64,000 nt of DNA from Patescibacteria group bacterium UBA1406 (GTDB lineage Bacteria; Patescibacteriota; Microgenomatia; UBA1406): the NCBI GenBank assembly GCA_002305675.1, contig DBQA01000001.1:189-64188 (forward strand), in the 5' to 3' direction. The stretch's first letter is position 1. Every line of letters starts with the position of its first letter. The notes beneath the pieces were generated by a model. That model was not told the DNA's origin, did no database searches, and saw only the letters and a program-made list of their open reading frames with translations. The position numbers and the translations under genes are program-made. Shown piece by piece: positions 44,113 through 51,925 of the stretch.

Positions 44113-45029
44113 TTCCGCATCTCTTCGATCAGGCGCCGGTTGTAGGAGATCATGTCGGCTATGAAGCCGATGACCAGGATATTGAAGCCTATCCCGACCA
44201 GAATGGATGAAATGACCAGGGACTGGACATGACCCGACGGGTCGCCCATGACAAGGGCAAAATACAGGAAACGAACCACCCCAATCGTCCCCCCCAGGAT
44301 AAAGAGGCCACCGATGAAGGAGAAAAAAGGCAGTGCCTGGTAAAGCAAAATCGTCCGGACAATGGTCGCCCCCGACTTGCCGATATGTGACAGGACGCCC
44401 GAGATGAGACGGGACCCGCCAGTCGTGCGCTTGCGAAAGGTGACCGGAACGTTTTTCGTGACCAGGTTTTTGTAATGGGCGGAAATGATCATCTCATGGG
44501 TGTAGGTATGACCAGAGGAGATATAGGTCTTTTCCGCCACTTCGCGGGTAAATGCCCTGAATCCCGAGGAGGCATCCACCACATTCGTACCGGTCAAAAA
44601 TCTGATCATGGCACTCCCCAGGATATTGCCGTATTTCTTGCTCTTCGGCATATGCGCCAGCTTCTCTATTTGCCTGTCGCCAATGACCATATCCGCCTCG
44701 CCCTTCAGGATAGGCTCCAGGATGAGAGCGATCTCCTTCTGATCGTACTGGTTGTCGGCATCCGTGTTCACTATAACGTCCGCCCCAAGCTTCAATGCTT
44801 CGCTGACGGCATCCTTGAAGGTTTGCGCCAGGCCAAAATTCCGTTTGTGCTTAAGGATGTGATCGACACCGTTCGCCCTGGCCACGTCGCTGGTCCGGTC
44901 GGAAGAGCCGTCGTCGTACAACAATATCTCCAGCCTGTCCACCCCTTTGATCCGACGCGGGATGCTCCGGATGACATCGGCAATGGTCTTCTCTTCGTTG
45001 TAGGCCGGAATGGTGATTATAAGCTTCAT
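44109..45029 (-). CDS. GT2 glycosyltransferase with C-terminal TM helices (polyprenol-phosphate sugar synthase, Dpm1/GtrB-like)
   Basis: Trimmed to MKLIITIPAYNEE (45029). YDDGSSDRT and DADNQYD (DxD). Two C-terminal TM helices. Adjacent to a GT-C membrane protein. Confidence 0.8.
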   Translation of the reverse strand: MKLIITIPAYNEEKTIADVIRSIPRRIKGVDRLEILLYDDGSSDRTSDVARANGVDHILKHKRNFGLAQTFKDAVSEALKLGADVIVNTDADNQYDQKEIALILEPILKGEADMVIGDRQIEKLAHMPKSKKYGNILGSAMIRFLTGTNVVDASSGFRAFTREVAEKTYISSGHTYTHEMIISAHYKNLVTKNVPVTFRKRTTGGSRLISGVLSHIGKSGATIVRTILLYQALPFFSFIGGLFILGGTIGVVRFLYFALVMGDPSGHVQSLVISSILVGIGFNILVIGFIADMISYNRRLIEEMRK

Positions 45030-45033
45030 GGGA

Positions 45034-46689
45034 TCAATAGCCCAGGGGGCAATAGTATAAAAGTTCGCCCGAAACAAACCGGTAGTTCAGGAGGCACGAG
45101 GCAGGGACGATCTTCTTCGTGTCGGCGCCGGAGATTATCCTTTTGGGCTGCATATCTTTATAATCCCCACATTTTACCAAATACTGGTAAGGATATAAAA
45201 AGTGATACAGGTAATAGACCTCCGGGCTCAGGCTGCCCTCGTAGATGCAAAGGGGCGTATCCTTGGGGAACTTGAGCATGGCGGCATTCCACTCCCGGAC
45301 GACCTCGCGGTACTTACCGGTAACATAGGCCGGGGTACTGAGCGTGCTTTTGATGCTCAGGAACGTCTGCCAAAGGAATAAGGCCGCGAACAGGTATAAC
45401 ACTGATCTCCTCTTGCCGATATAAAAAAAGTACAGCATCCCGAGCACTAGGGCCGCAAGGAAATAGAACCAGGCGGGGTTCTCCACAAACTCCCGCAGGA
45501 AATAGACCGACATTGTGTTACCGAACTTATACGAGCCCAGATAAAAGCCGCGCTTGAACCAGAACAGCAGATAGAAGATGAACAGCACCCACAGCCCGTG
45601 GAGCATGACATTCTCTTTGCGGTCTTTGACATAGGCCATGAGATCGGCCAGACCGTAAACAAAAATGACGGCGATGATCGGGTCAAGGTACCGGCTGAAG
45701 ATCAGGTACTGGTTGTTGCCGACCGCCCCCTTGACCATATGCGTCAGGGTCAGGGCGAGCGAAAAAACAAAGGCCGCCACCACAAAGAGACGCGGTACGA
45801 ACTCGTGCCAGTCCTTTTTCGTCCACGCCCGCCTGGTGCCGGCGGTAAAAAAGACCGGCAACACCCACAGGAGCAGGGTGAAGATGGCAAAAAGCTCATT
45901 CTTGATCAGTCGGAAGGACAGGCCCAGATTACTGAAACCGGTCCGCACGGCTTGGAAATAGTCTGCCCTTTCATAGAAGCCGCCGTCCGGGAAAACGAAC
46001 CGTTTCGCCACCAGGTCAAGGATCCCGTAAGTGACCACGGCCGCCGCCAGAAAGCCAACATAGTTCAAAAGCCTGTACCTGGCTTCGCGCCGGTGGATAA
46101 GGAAAGCTGCCACCGCACCGGCCAGGACCAGGGCGGGCAGGTAGATGACCCCGAATGAGCGGACCAGCCGGAGATAGTAAATGAGAAAACCGATGACCAT
46201 GCCGGAAATGCCGGCGGTCCATTTGCGCTTCAGTTCGTCACGGATGGTGAATTTCAGGGTCACAAGCGCCAGGAAGGTAATGAAGATATAGACCGTTTCG
46301 GACATGATGCTCGAACTGTAAACGAAGAGGGGAGGGTAGACAGCCAAGAACCCAGCCACCAGAAGGTTTCCCACCAGGAAATAGGCCAGAACGGGCACCA
46401 GGGCGGAAATCAGCATAGTAGACAACAGGATCAGCCGATATTCAAGGTACGGATTGTTGGCCAGGTTCGAGAAGGCCGAAAACAGGAACGGCCAGCCGGC
46501 CGGATAGAGCTGCGGGTCGCGGGTCATCAAGGAATGCGGGTTCAGCCGGACCACCTGCCTGGCCGTATCCATATAGATATATTCGTCGTAGATGATCCAG
46601 GGAAGCTTGATGAATCCGTAGGTGACAAGTCTGAATATGAAGCCGACTACCACAATCACCAGCAACCAGAACCACGGTTTCCTGAACAT
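45034..46689 (-). CDS. Polytopic membrane protein, GT-C-type glycosyltransferase-like
   Basis: 551 aa with 12 or more hydrophobic helices. Immediately upstream of the GT2 polyprenol-phosphate sugar synthase-like gene. Confidence 0.6.
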   Translation of the reverse strand: MFRKPWFWLLVIVVVGFIFRLVTYGFIKLPWIIYDEYIYMDTARQVVRLNPHSLMTRDPQLYPAGWPFLFSAFSNLANNPYLEYRLILLSTMLISALVPVLAYFLVGNLLVAGFLAVYPPLFVYSSSIMSETVYIFITFLALVTLKFTIRDELKRKWTAGISGMVIGFLIYYLRLVRSFGVIYLPALVLAGAVAAFLIHRREARYRLLNYVGFLAAAVVTYGILDLVAKRFVFPDGGFYERADYFQAVRTGFSNLGLSFRLIKNELFAIFTLLLWVLPVFFTAGTRRAWTKKDWHEFVPRLFVVAAFVFSLALTLTHMVKGAVGNNQYLIFSRYLDPIIAVIFVYGLADLMAYVKDRKENVMLHGLWVLFIFYLLFWFKRGFYLGSYKFGNTMSVYFLREFVENPAWFYFLAALVLGMLYFFYIGKRRSVLYLFAALFLWQTFLSIKSTLSTPAYVTGKYREVVREWNAAMLKFPKDTPLCIYEGSLSPEVYYLYHFLYPYQYLVKCGDYKDMQPKRIISGADTKKIVPASCLLNYRFVSGELLYYCPLGY

Positions 46690-46707
46690 GAAATAATTAT
46701 AGCAGGA

Positions 46708-46738
46708 TTGGAAAATGCAAGGCCGTCTTTGTTATACT
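46708..46738 (+). promoter_or_regulatory. Candidate promoter TTGGAA-N19-TATACT, 6 nt before ATG 46745 (leaderless-type)
   Basis: TTGGAA 46708-13 and TATACT 46733-38. This supports the MSLKEAV start rather than 46715. Confidence 0.4.
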
Positions 46739-46744
46739 GGTTCT

Positions 46745-47674
46745 ATGTCGTTAAAGGAAGCCGTGCTGCAATTCCTGGAATATTGCGAACTGGATAAGAA
46801 CCTCTCCCAGAAAAGCATCCGGATGTATGGCTACTACCTTAATTTTTTCCAGGACTGGATGACCAAGAACTTCGGGAACGACGCGGAGAATGTGTCAAAG
46901 GTGAACGACCAGCACGTGCGCAAATTCCGGCTATACCTGTCCCAACAATACTACAACCCCTTCAAGGGTCCGCTGAAAAGGCAGTCCCAGAATTATTTCC
47001 TCATCGCCATCCGTTCCATGCTCCGGTATCTCCTGAAGGAAGAGGTACCGGTTCTGTCGCCTGATAAAATTGAGCTCGGCAAGACTCGTGACCGCGAGAT
47101 AAAATTCCTGTCCCCGGAGGATCTGAAACGTCTGTTCGACGCGGTGAACTTCAAACGGCTGTCGGGCCTGAGGGACAGGGCCATCCTGGAGGTCCTGTTT
47201 TCGACGGGGTTGCGCGTCTCGGAGCTAGCGAACCTCAACCGCGACCAGATCAACCTGGACCGGGGCGAGTTCGGGGTCATCGGCAAAGGCGGCAAGGCCC
47301 GGGTAGTCTTCCTCTCCAAGAACGCCGTGGACTGGCTCGGCCGGTATCTCCAGAAAAGGCAGGACGACTGTCCAGCCGTCTTTGTCCGCTACCGGGGCAA
47401 GAAGCCCAACCAGCCCGAGGAAAAGAGGCTGTCTCCAAGGCAGATACAGAGATTGGTGGAAAAATACCGCCGGAAGGCGGGCATAACCGTGAAGATCACC
47501 CCCCATGTCCTCCGCCACAGCTTCGCCACAGATCTTTTGATGCACGGGGCAGATTTAAGGTCGGTCCAGGAGATGCTCGGCCACAAGAACATCGCCACCA
47601 CCCAAATTTATACCCATGTCACAAACCCCAGGCTGAGAGAGATCCACGAGAAATACCATAGCGGCAACAAATAG
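46745..47674 (+). CDS. Tyrosine recombinase XerC/XerD-like
   Basis: N-terminal SAM-like domain. Catalytic RxxxxLxxTGLR, HVLRHSFATDLL and LGHKNIATTQIYTHV (R-H-R-Y). Confidence 0.85.
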   Translation: MSLKEAVLQFLEYCELDKNLSQKSIRMYGYYLNFFQDWMTKNFGNDAENVSKVNDQHVRKFRLYLSQQYYNPFKGPLKRQSQNYFLIAIRSMLRYLLKEEVPVLSPDKIELGKTRDREIKFLSPEDLKRLFDAVNFKRLSGLRDRAILEVLFSTGLRVSELANLNRDQINLDRGEFGVIGKGGKARVVFLSKNAVDWLGRYLQKRQDDCPAVFVRYRGKKPNQPEEKRLSPRQIQRLVEKYRRKAGITVKITPHVLRHSFATDLLMHGADLRSVQEMLGHKNIATTQIYTHVTNPRLREIHEKYHSGNK

Positions 47675-47679
47675 AAGGG

Positions 47680-48474
47680 TTATTCTATCAGGGTGAGGCG
47701 CTTTTGCTTTTCCGGTTCCAGAAGATACCCCCGATGGAACCGCTCTCCGTTCGCTATCACCACCCGGGCGCCGAGTCTGGCCAGGATGAGTGATTCTTCC
47801 ACCTTGTGCAGCATACCACCGGTCACGTCATAACCGTGGCTCGCCCCCAGACTGTGTTTAACGGCAGGGTAGATCTCTTCGGTGATGCCCTCGATTGTCC
47901 GGCCCTCGCCGTCGAGGACCCCGTCCGTCGTCCCCAGATGCAGGACGGTTATCTTAGCGGTCCTGTCGCGGCGGAAAAGCTCCCTGACCAGTATCCCGAT
48001 TATTTTTTCCGTCGAATAAATCGTAAAGCCGATCTGTTTATCTATGATAACGTCGCCATAGAAAAGGGGCACGAGGCCGATTTCGGCAGAGTGGATGAGG
48101 GGAGTGAGAAAACCCTCATTGCCCTCCCCCAACCCCAAAACAAAGCTCCCGGCGCTGAAGGAAAAGGCGGGCACCCCTGTCTCCACCAGGACCTCCAGGC
48201 ACAGCCCATGCAGCTTAAGGGCCGCTTCCTTGACCTTTGATGCCCCGATCAGGCTGTTTTCGTCCCTGAATCCGCGCTTCGTCTGGTATTCGGTGGCCGG
48301 GACATGCGCATATGAACCGGCACCGTTCCCAAGGTATAACTGCCGTTCCCTTGGATCATAGACCTCCTTGATAACCGTGGCGATGTTTTGGACCACGTCG
48401 ATCCGGGCACTGAACGCCCGGTCTTTATGGGTAATCAGACTGCCGCCCAGTTTGACGATGTAGACGGGACGCAT
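47680..48474 (-). CDS. Amino-acid-kinase-fold protein, isopentenyl phosphate kinase-like
   Basis: Trimmed to MRPVYIVKLGGS. GNGAGSYAH and YDVTGGMLHKVEE resemble archaeal IPK (KLGGS...HGGGAFGH...DVTGGM). Confidence 0.55.
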   Translation of the reverse strand: MRPVYIVKLGGSLITHKDRAFSARIDVVQNIATVIKEVYDPRERQLYLGNGAGSYAHVPATEYQTKRGFRDENSLIGASKVKEAALKLHGLCLEVLVETGVPAFSFSAGSFVLGLGEGNEGFLTPLIHSAEIGLVPLFYGDVIIDKQIGFTIYSTEKIIGILVRELFRRDRTAKITVLHLGTTDGVLDGEGRTIEGITEEIYPAVKHSLGASHGYDVTGGMLHKVEESLILARLGARVVIANGERFHRGYLLEPEKQKRLTLIE

Positions 48475-49216
48475 ATATATGTATATATTATCAGAGAAGG
48501 CCGTTTTCCGGTTCAGATACACTATTTAGAGCCTTATTAAGCTCTTTTTCTAATATTATCCGTCTTAATCTGGCTGACAGCCGGCCTGCGGGCAGACAGG
48601 GGCCAAAGGTGGGGATAGATTAAATAAATATTCTGGTAACCAAAAGAAAATAAACCGTAAAATCGCATGATAAATCGTACAGCCGATATTTAATCCCCCC
48701 GCCTGAGCCGGTTCCACAATGTCGTTAAAGATATATTATACGACATTATATCCCTCCCTGCTTTGCGGGAATTCTCCCTCCAAAATGGCCCTCGGCCAAG
48801 GGTGCCCATATGGAATCGGCATATACCCATAGGTGTAGGGATCCTCACTTCTCCGATATGGTGTACAAATATGGTCTCATTTAACGGTGCATTTAGCGGA
48901 TTAATTTCCAATTAATTACCAGACCATACCTCCTCTCCGCTCGCATCTGGAGATGGTGCTTAGTTTAGAGCTTTACTACGCTCTATATAAAATTTTTGAA
49001 CCGGAATTTTGTTTATGACCACACAATTGCCATGCTTTCTTTAGAGCTTTGGGTCAGCCCTTATTAATTTACGGGTTGTTGTTTAGCTCTGTTTAATGCA
49101 CTCGAAATATCAACTGGCATGTCTTCCGGAAGAGTGCAGACCACCTCGTCCCTGCTTTATCTTTCTTACATTACATCCGTAAACCAAGTTTTCCACATTG
49201 ACCCCGCGATTCACTT

Positions 49217-49287
49217 ACGGACGTAAATATTATAGGATATAGGTACTATAGGATATTACTATAGGATACAGTATTGTTCACGTCCGT
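49217..49287. repeat. 8-bp inverted repeat ACGGACGT/ACGTCCGT enclosing four TATAGG(A/T)A direct repeats
   Basis: Arms at 49217-24 and 49280-87. TATAGGATA at 49231, 49247 and 49260, plus TATAGGTAC at 49238. A third arm TCCGTAA (49176-82) can pair with TTACGGA (49215-21). Confidence 0.6.
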
Positions 49288-49317
49288 TCTACCCTCTTCC
49301 CTGCTCCCCTATGGGTG

Positions 49318-50139
49318 TCAGCCCCATCCGGCGGTCAAAAGCACCAATACCGTCATTAAAGAAAAAACTATCAGATACTCGCGGATACGCTCACGGAACA
49401 CGGTATCCTGGATAATCTCCTGGGTGATCCCAAGAAGCACATAGGCCACCGCCACATTATATAAGGCGAATATGGAGGTTTTGATGGGCATGAAGTTCAG
49501 GACAAGGACGGCAAACGACAGCAGGATCGTCAGAACGGTCGCGAACTTATATATCCGCTCCTCCAGTACCGCCTTAGGGCTGGACATCCAGATGCCGTGG
49601 AAAAAGAGCGGCCAGGAGATGAGCGCGCCGAAGAAGGCGTTGAAAAGGAAATGTAACCTAAATGACAGGAGGACGGTGTACATCAGGAAAAAGACCACCA
49701 GGGTCAGGAAGTTGGCCACGGAGAAGGCGGCCCGATATAAAGGCAAGCTCTTCTCTACTCCCACGTTGAAGATATTTTCCGATAAAAGCACGGCGTACGT
49801 ACCGACGCTCAGAGCCAGGAAATACGGAACCTTGGCAAAGAGCCGATCCGGTAAAAGATAGTAGAAAAAGAACATACTGACGGAGAAGTAGACAGGCAGG
49901 ATGAAAAGAACCACCCACTCTATCTGTTCTATCTCTTCAAGTAGCGCCATATACGTGGCCGCATAAACCATCACCAACAGCAGCGGGACCAGATAAATGG
50001 CCACCTGGAATGGCAAAAGGGTAAGGAGGGAGTTGGCGCCGACAATGAGCAGGGTGGCGTAAACGAACCGCTGTCTCTTGCTGGCCTTGCGGATGCTCTT
50101 TAACCACAGGCCCTTCAGGTTTTCCAACAGCCTTTTCAT
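49318..50139 (-). CDS. Integral membrane protein, unknown function
   Basis: 273 aa, about 8 hydrophobic helices. Directly downstream of yebC. Confidence 0.65.
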   Translation of the reverse strand: MKRLLENLKGLWLKSIRKASKRQRFVYATLLIVGANSLLTLLPFQVAIYLVPLLLVMVYAATYMALLEEIEQIEWVVLFILPVYFSVSMFFFYYLLPDRLFAKVPYFLALSVGTYAVLLSENIFNVGVEKSLPLYRAAFSVANFLTLVVFFLMYTVLLSFRLHFLFNAFFGALISWPLFFHGIWMSSPKAVLEERIYKFATVLTILLSFAVLVLNFMPIKTSIFALYNVAVAYVLLGITQEIIQDTVFRERIREYLIVFSLMTVLVLLTAGWG

Positions 50140-50140
50140 C

Positions 50141-50857
50141 TTATTCCTTGAGGCTCATATTGGTAAAGGTGGACTGCACGTCCTCCAGGTCCTCCAACGT
50201 TTCCATCAGGCGCAGGGCTTTCTGGGAAGTTTCCGCATCCACGTCAATATAGGTGCGGGGTTTGTAGACAAGCTCCGGGGCTTTATTAATACCCGTTTCC
50301 TGGGCTTTTTGCCAAGCCGCGGACAGGTCATCATAGTTCACGTATATGAAGTATGTCCCCTCTTCGTTCTCCATATCTATCGCTCCCAAAGCCTCAGCGG
50401 CCATAAGCGCCTCTTCTTCGGTTTTGTTTTCCAGCATGAACATCCCGCAAAGGACGAAGTTGTACATGACAGCCCCCTTCTCTACCAGCTTGCCGCCGTT
50501 CTTGTCCATAAGGATCTTGATCTCTGTTTGTGTCCGTCTGGGGTTATCGGAAGCGGTTTTGATGACATAGGAGATCCCGCTTGGCCCGATGGCCTCATAG
50601 ACGACCTCGCTGATGTTCTCGCGCCTCTCTTTGACCCGGTCGATGATCCGCTGGATGTTATCCTTCGGCATATTGACCTCCTTGGCCTTTTCCATGGCGC
50701 TTCTCAGCCGGATGTTCGCGCCGGGGTCGGTGATGCCGCCCCCTTCCTGGATGGCCAGCATGATTTCGCGCGTCACTTTCGAAAAGAGCTTGCCCCTCTC
50801 ATGATCGTTAGCCTCCTTTTTGCGCTTGATGGTTGCCCAATGCGAATGACCTGACAT
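50141..50857 (-). CDS. yebC: YebC/PmpR-family transcriptional regulator
   Basis: The MSGHSHWATIKRKKEANDHERGKLFSK N-terminus is diagnostic of the family. Confidence 0.9.
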   Translation of the reverse strand: MSGHSHWATIKRKKEANDHERGKLFSKVTREIMLAIQEGGGITDPGANIRLRSAMEKAKEVNMPKDNIQRIIDRVKERRENISEVVYEAIGPSGISYVIKTASDNPRRTQTEIKILMDKNGGKLVEKGAVMYNFVLCGMFMLENKTEEEALMAAEALGAIDMENEEGTYFIYVNYDDLSAAWQKAQETGINKAPELVYKPRTYIDVDAETSQKALRLMETLEDLEDVQSTFTNMSLKE

Positions 50858-50885
50858 ACTCTTATTATATCATTAAAGCTCTCCC

Positions 50886-50913
50886 TTGACTTTTGGATTT
50901 CCTTAGATATACT
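50886..50913 (+). promoter_or_regulatory. Promoter TTGACT-N16-TATACT, 8 nt before ATG 50922 (leaderless-type)
   Basis: TTGACT 50886-91 and TATACT 50908-13. Confidence 0.5.
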
Positions 50914-50921
50914 TAAGTTTT

Positions 50922-51725
50922 ATGAATAATTTCGACCTCGAGAAGCTAAAAGAAAGGGCTGTGGAAGTAGCTATCCAGGGCAACTACCAAGAGGCTATCC
51001 GGATCAACACCGAGATCCTGGAGCACAACCCACAGGATGTAGACAGCCTGATGCAGCTCGCCCACGCCTACTGGCAGATCGGGGACCTCCACAAAGCCAA
51101 GGATTATTACAAAAGGACGCTGGAAATAGAGCCGAACAACAACCTGGCCAGAAAAAGGCTGGCCCTCCTCAACTCCGTCACCAAAAAGCACCCGGGACCC
51201 TTGGAGCGGAAAAAAGGGAGGATCGTTCCCATCACCGATCTCATAGAAGAGCCCGGCAAGACCAAAATCGTGCGCCTAGGCAATATCGGTAAGCCGGAGC
51301 ACATTTCGCTCCTATCCATTGGTGAGGAAGTGTTTCTCAATATCAGAAAACGGAAGATAGAGATCAGGGACACCGGCGGAAACTTTATCGGCTACCTCCC
51401 GGACGATATCTCCAAGCGGTTGACAGAGTTCATCAACCACGGCGGCAAATACGAAGCCTTCGTCTTTTCCATAGACAAGAACGAGATAAAGGTTTTCGTC
51501 CGCGAGATCAAGAAAGCCTCCCGATACCGCAAGGTCTCAAGCTTCATCTACGAGGATATCATCCCCCGCCTCGAGGATGAGGAAGATGAGGAGGAGACGC
51601 CCGACAAGGACCTCGAGGATGACGAGGACGCCATTCTGACCCCGGACGAGATCATCGAGGACGACGATGAGGATGAGGAGGAGGACGACGAGGAGGAGGA
51701 CCGCTACAACGAATACGAGGAATGA
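50922..51725 (+). CDS. TPR-repeat protein with a highly acidic C-terminal tail
   Basis: N-terminal TPR-like repeats (AIRINTEILEHNPQDVDSLMQLAHAYWQIGDLHKAKDYYKRTLEIEPNN). The last ~55 aa are mostly D/E. Confidence 0.7.
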   Translation: MNNFDLEKLKERAVEVAIQGNYQEAIRINTEILEHNPQDVDSLMQLAHAYWQIGDLHKAKDYYKRTLEIEPNNNLARKRLALLNSVTKKHPGPLERKKGRIVPITDLIEEPGKTKIVRLGNIGKPEHISLLSIGEEVFLNIRKRKIEIRDTGGNFIGYLPDDISKRLTEFINHGGKYEAFVFSIDKNEIKVFVREIKKASRYRKVSSFIYEDIIPRLEDEEDEEETPDKDLEDDEDAILTPDEIIEDDDEDEEEDDEEEDRYNEYEE

Positions 51726-51729
51726 GGGC

Positions 51730-51906
51730 TTATTTTGAACGGTAGTGCTTGACCTCGTTCTCGGTGAAGACTATTCCCCCCTTTATCTTTTCCTTCCTGA
51801 GGTTCCTTGTGATCTCATCCACCTCCCGCCTCCCTTTATAGTCCCGTAGCGACAGGGCGGCCAGTATGAATGAGGCCAAAAGTATCAGGCCGGCAACGGT
51901 CAGCAT
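51730..51906 (-). CDS. Candidate small membrane protein (58 aa)
   Basis: My own translation: MLTVAGLILLASFILAALSLRDYKGRREVDEITRNLRKEKIKGGIVFTENEVKHYRSK. One TM helix. Preceded by GGAAGGG. Below the ORF-track length cutoff. Confidence 0.4.
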   Translation of the reverse strand: MLTVAGLILLASFILAALSLRDYKGRREVDEITRNLRKEKIKGGIVFTENEVKHYRSK

Positions 51907-51925
51907 ATCGTCAACCCTTCCAGGG

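Noticed and set aside
46715-47674. Tyrosine recombinase as a marker of an integrated mobile element
   Set aside because: The protein looks like housekeeping XerC/D. The flanks are core-type genes (a GT-C membrane protein and an IPK-like kinase). I saw no phage or transposon genes and no direct repeats bracketing a segment.
48690-48911. 73-aa minus-strand ORF inside the AT-rich island
   Set aside because: It has no promoter or SD context, no motif, and a composition unlike the neighbouring genes. It is most likely a chance ORF.
48524-49095. Recurring (G)TTTAGAGC words that resemble the start of type II CRISPR repeats; a possible degenerate CRISPR array or tracrRNA
   Set aside because: There are only 3-4 short (8-10 nt) matches at irregular spacings (about 434, 76 and 41 nt). 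There is no full-length repeat unit and there are no cas genes in the window.
51560-51725. GAG/GAC-rich repetitive DNA as a tandem-repeat element
   Set aside because: It is simply the coding sequence of the poly-acidic protein tail. There is no regular repeat unit at the DNA level.
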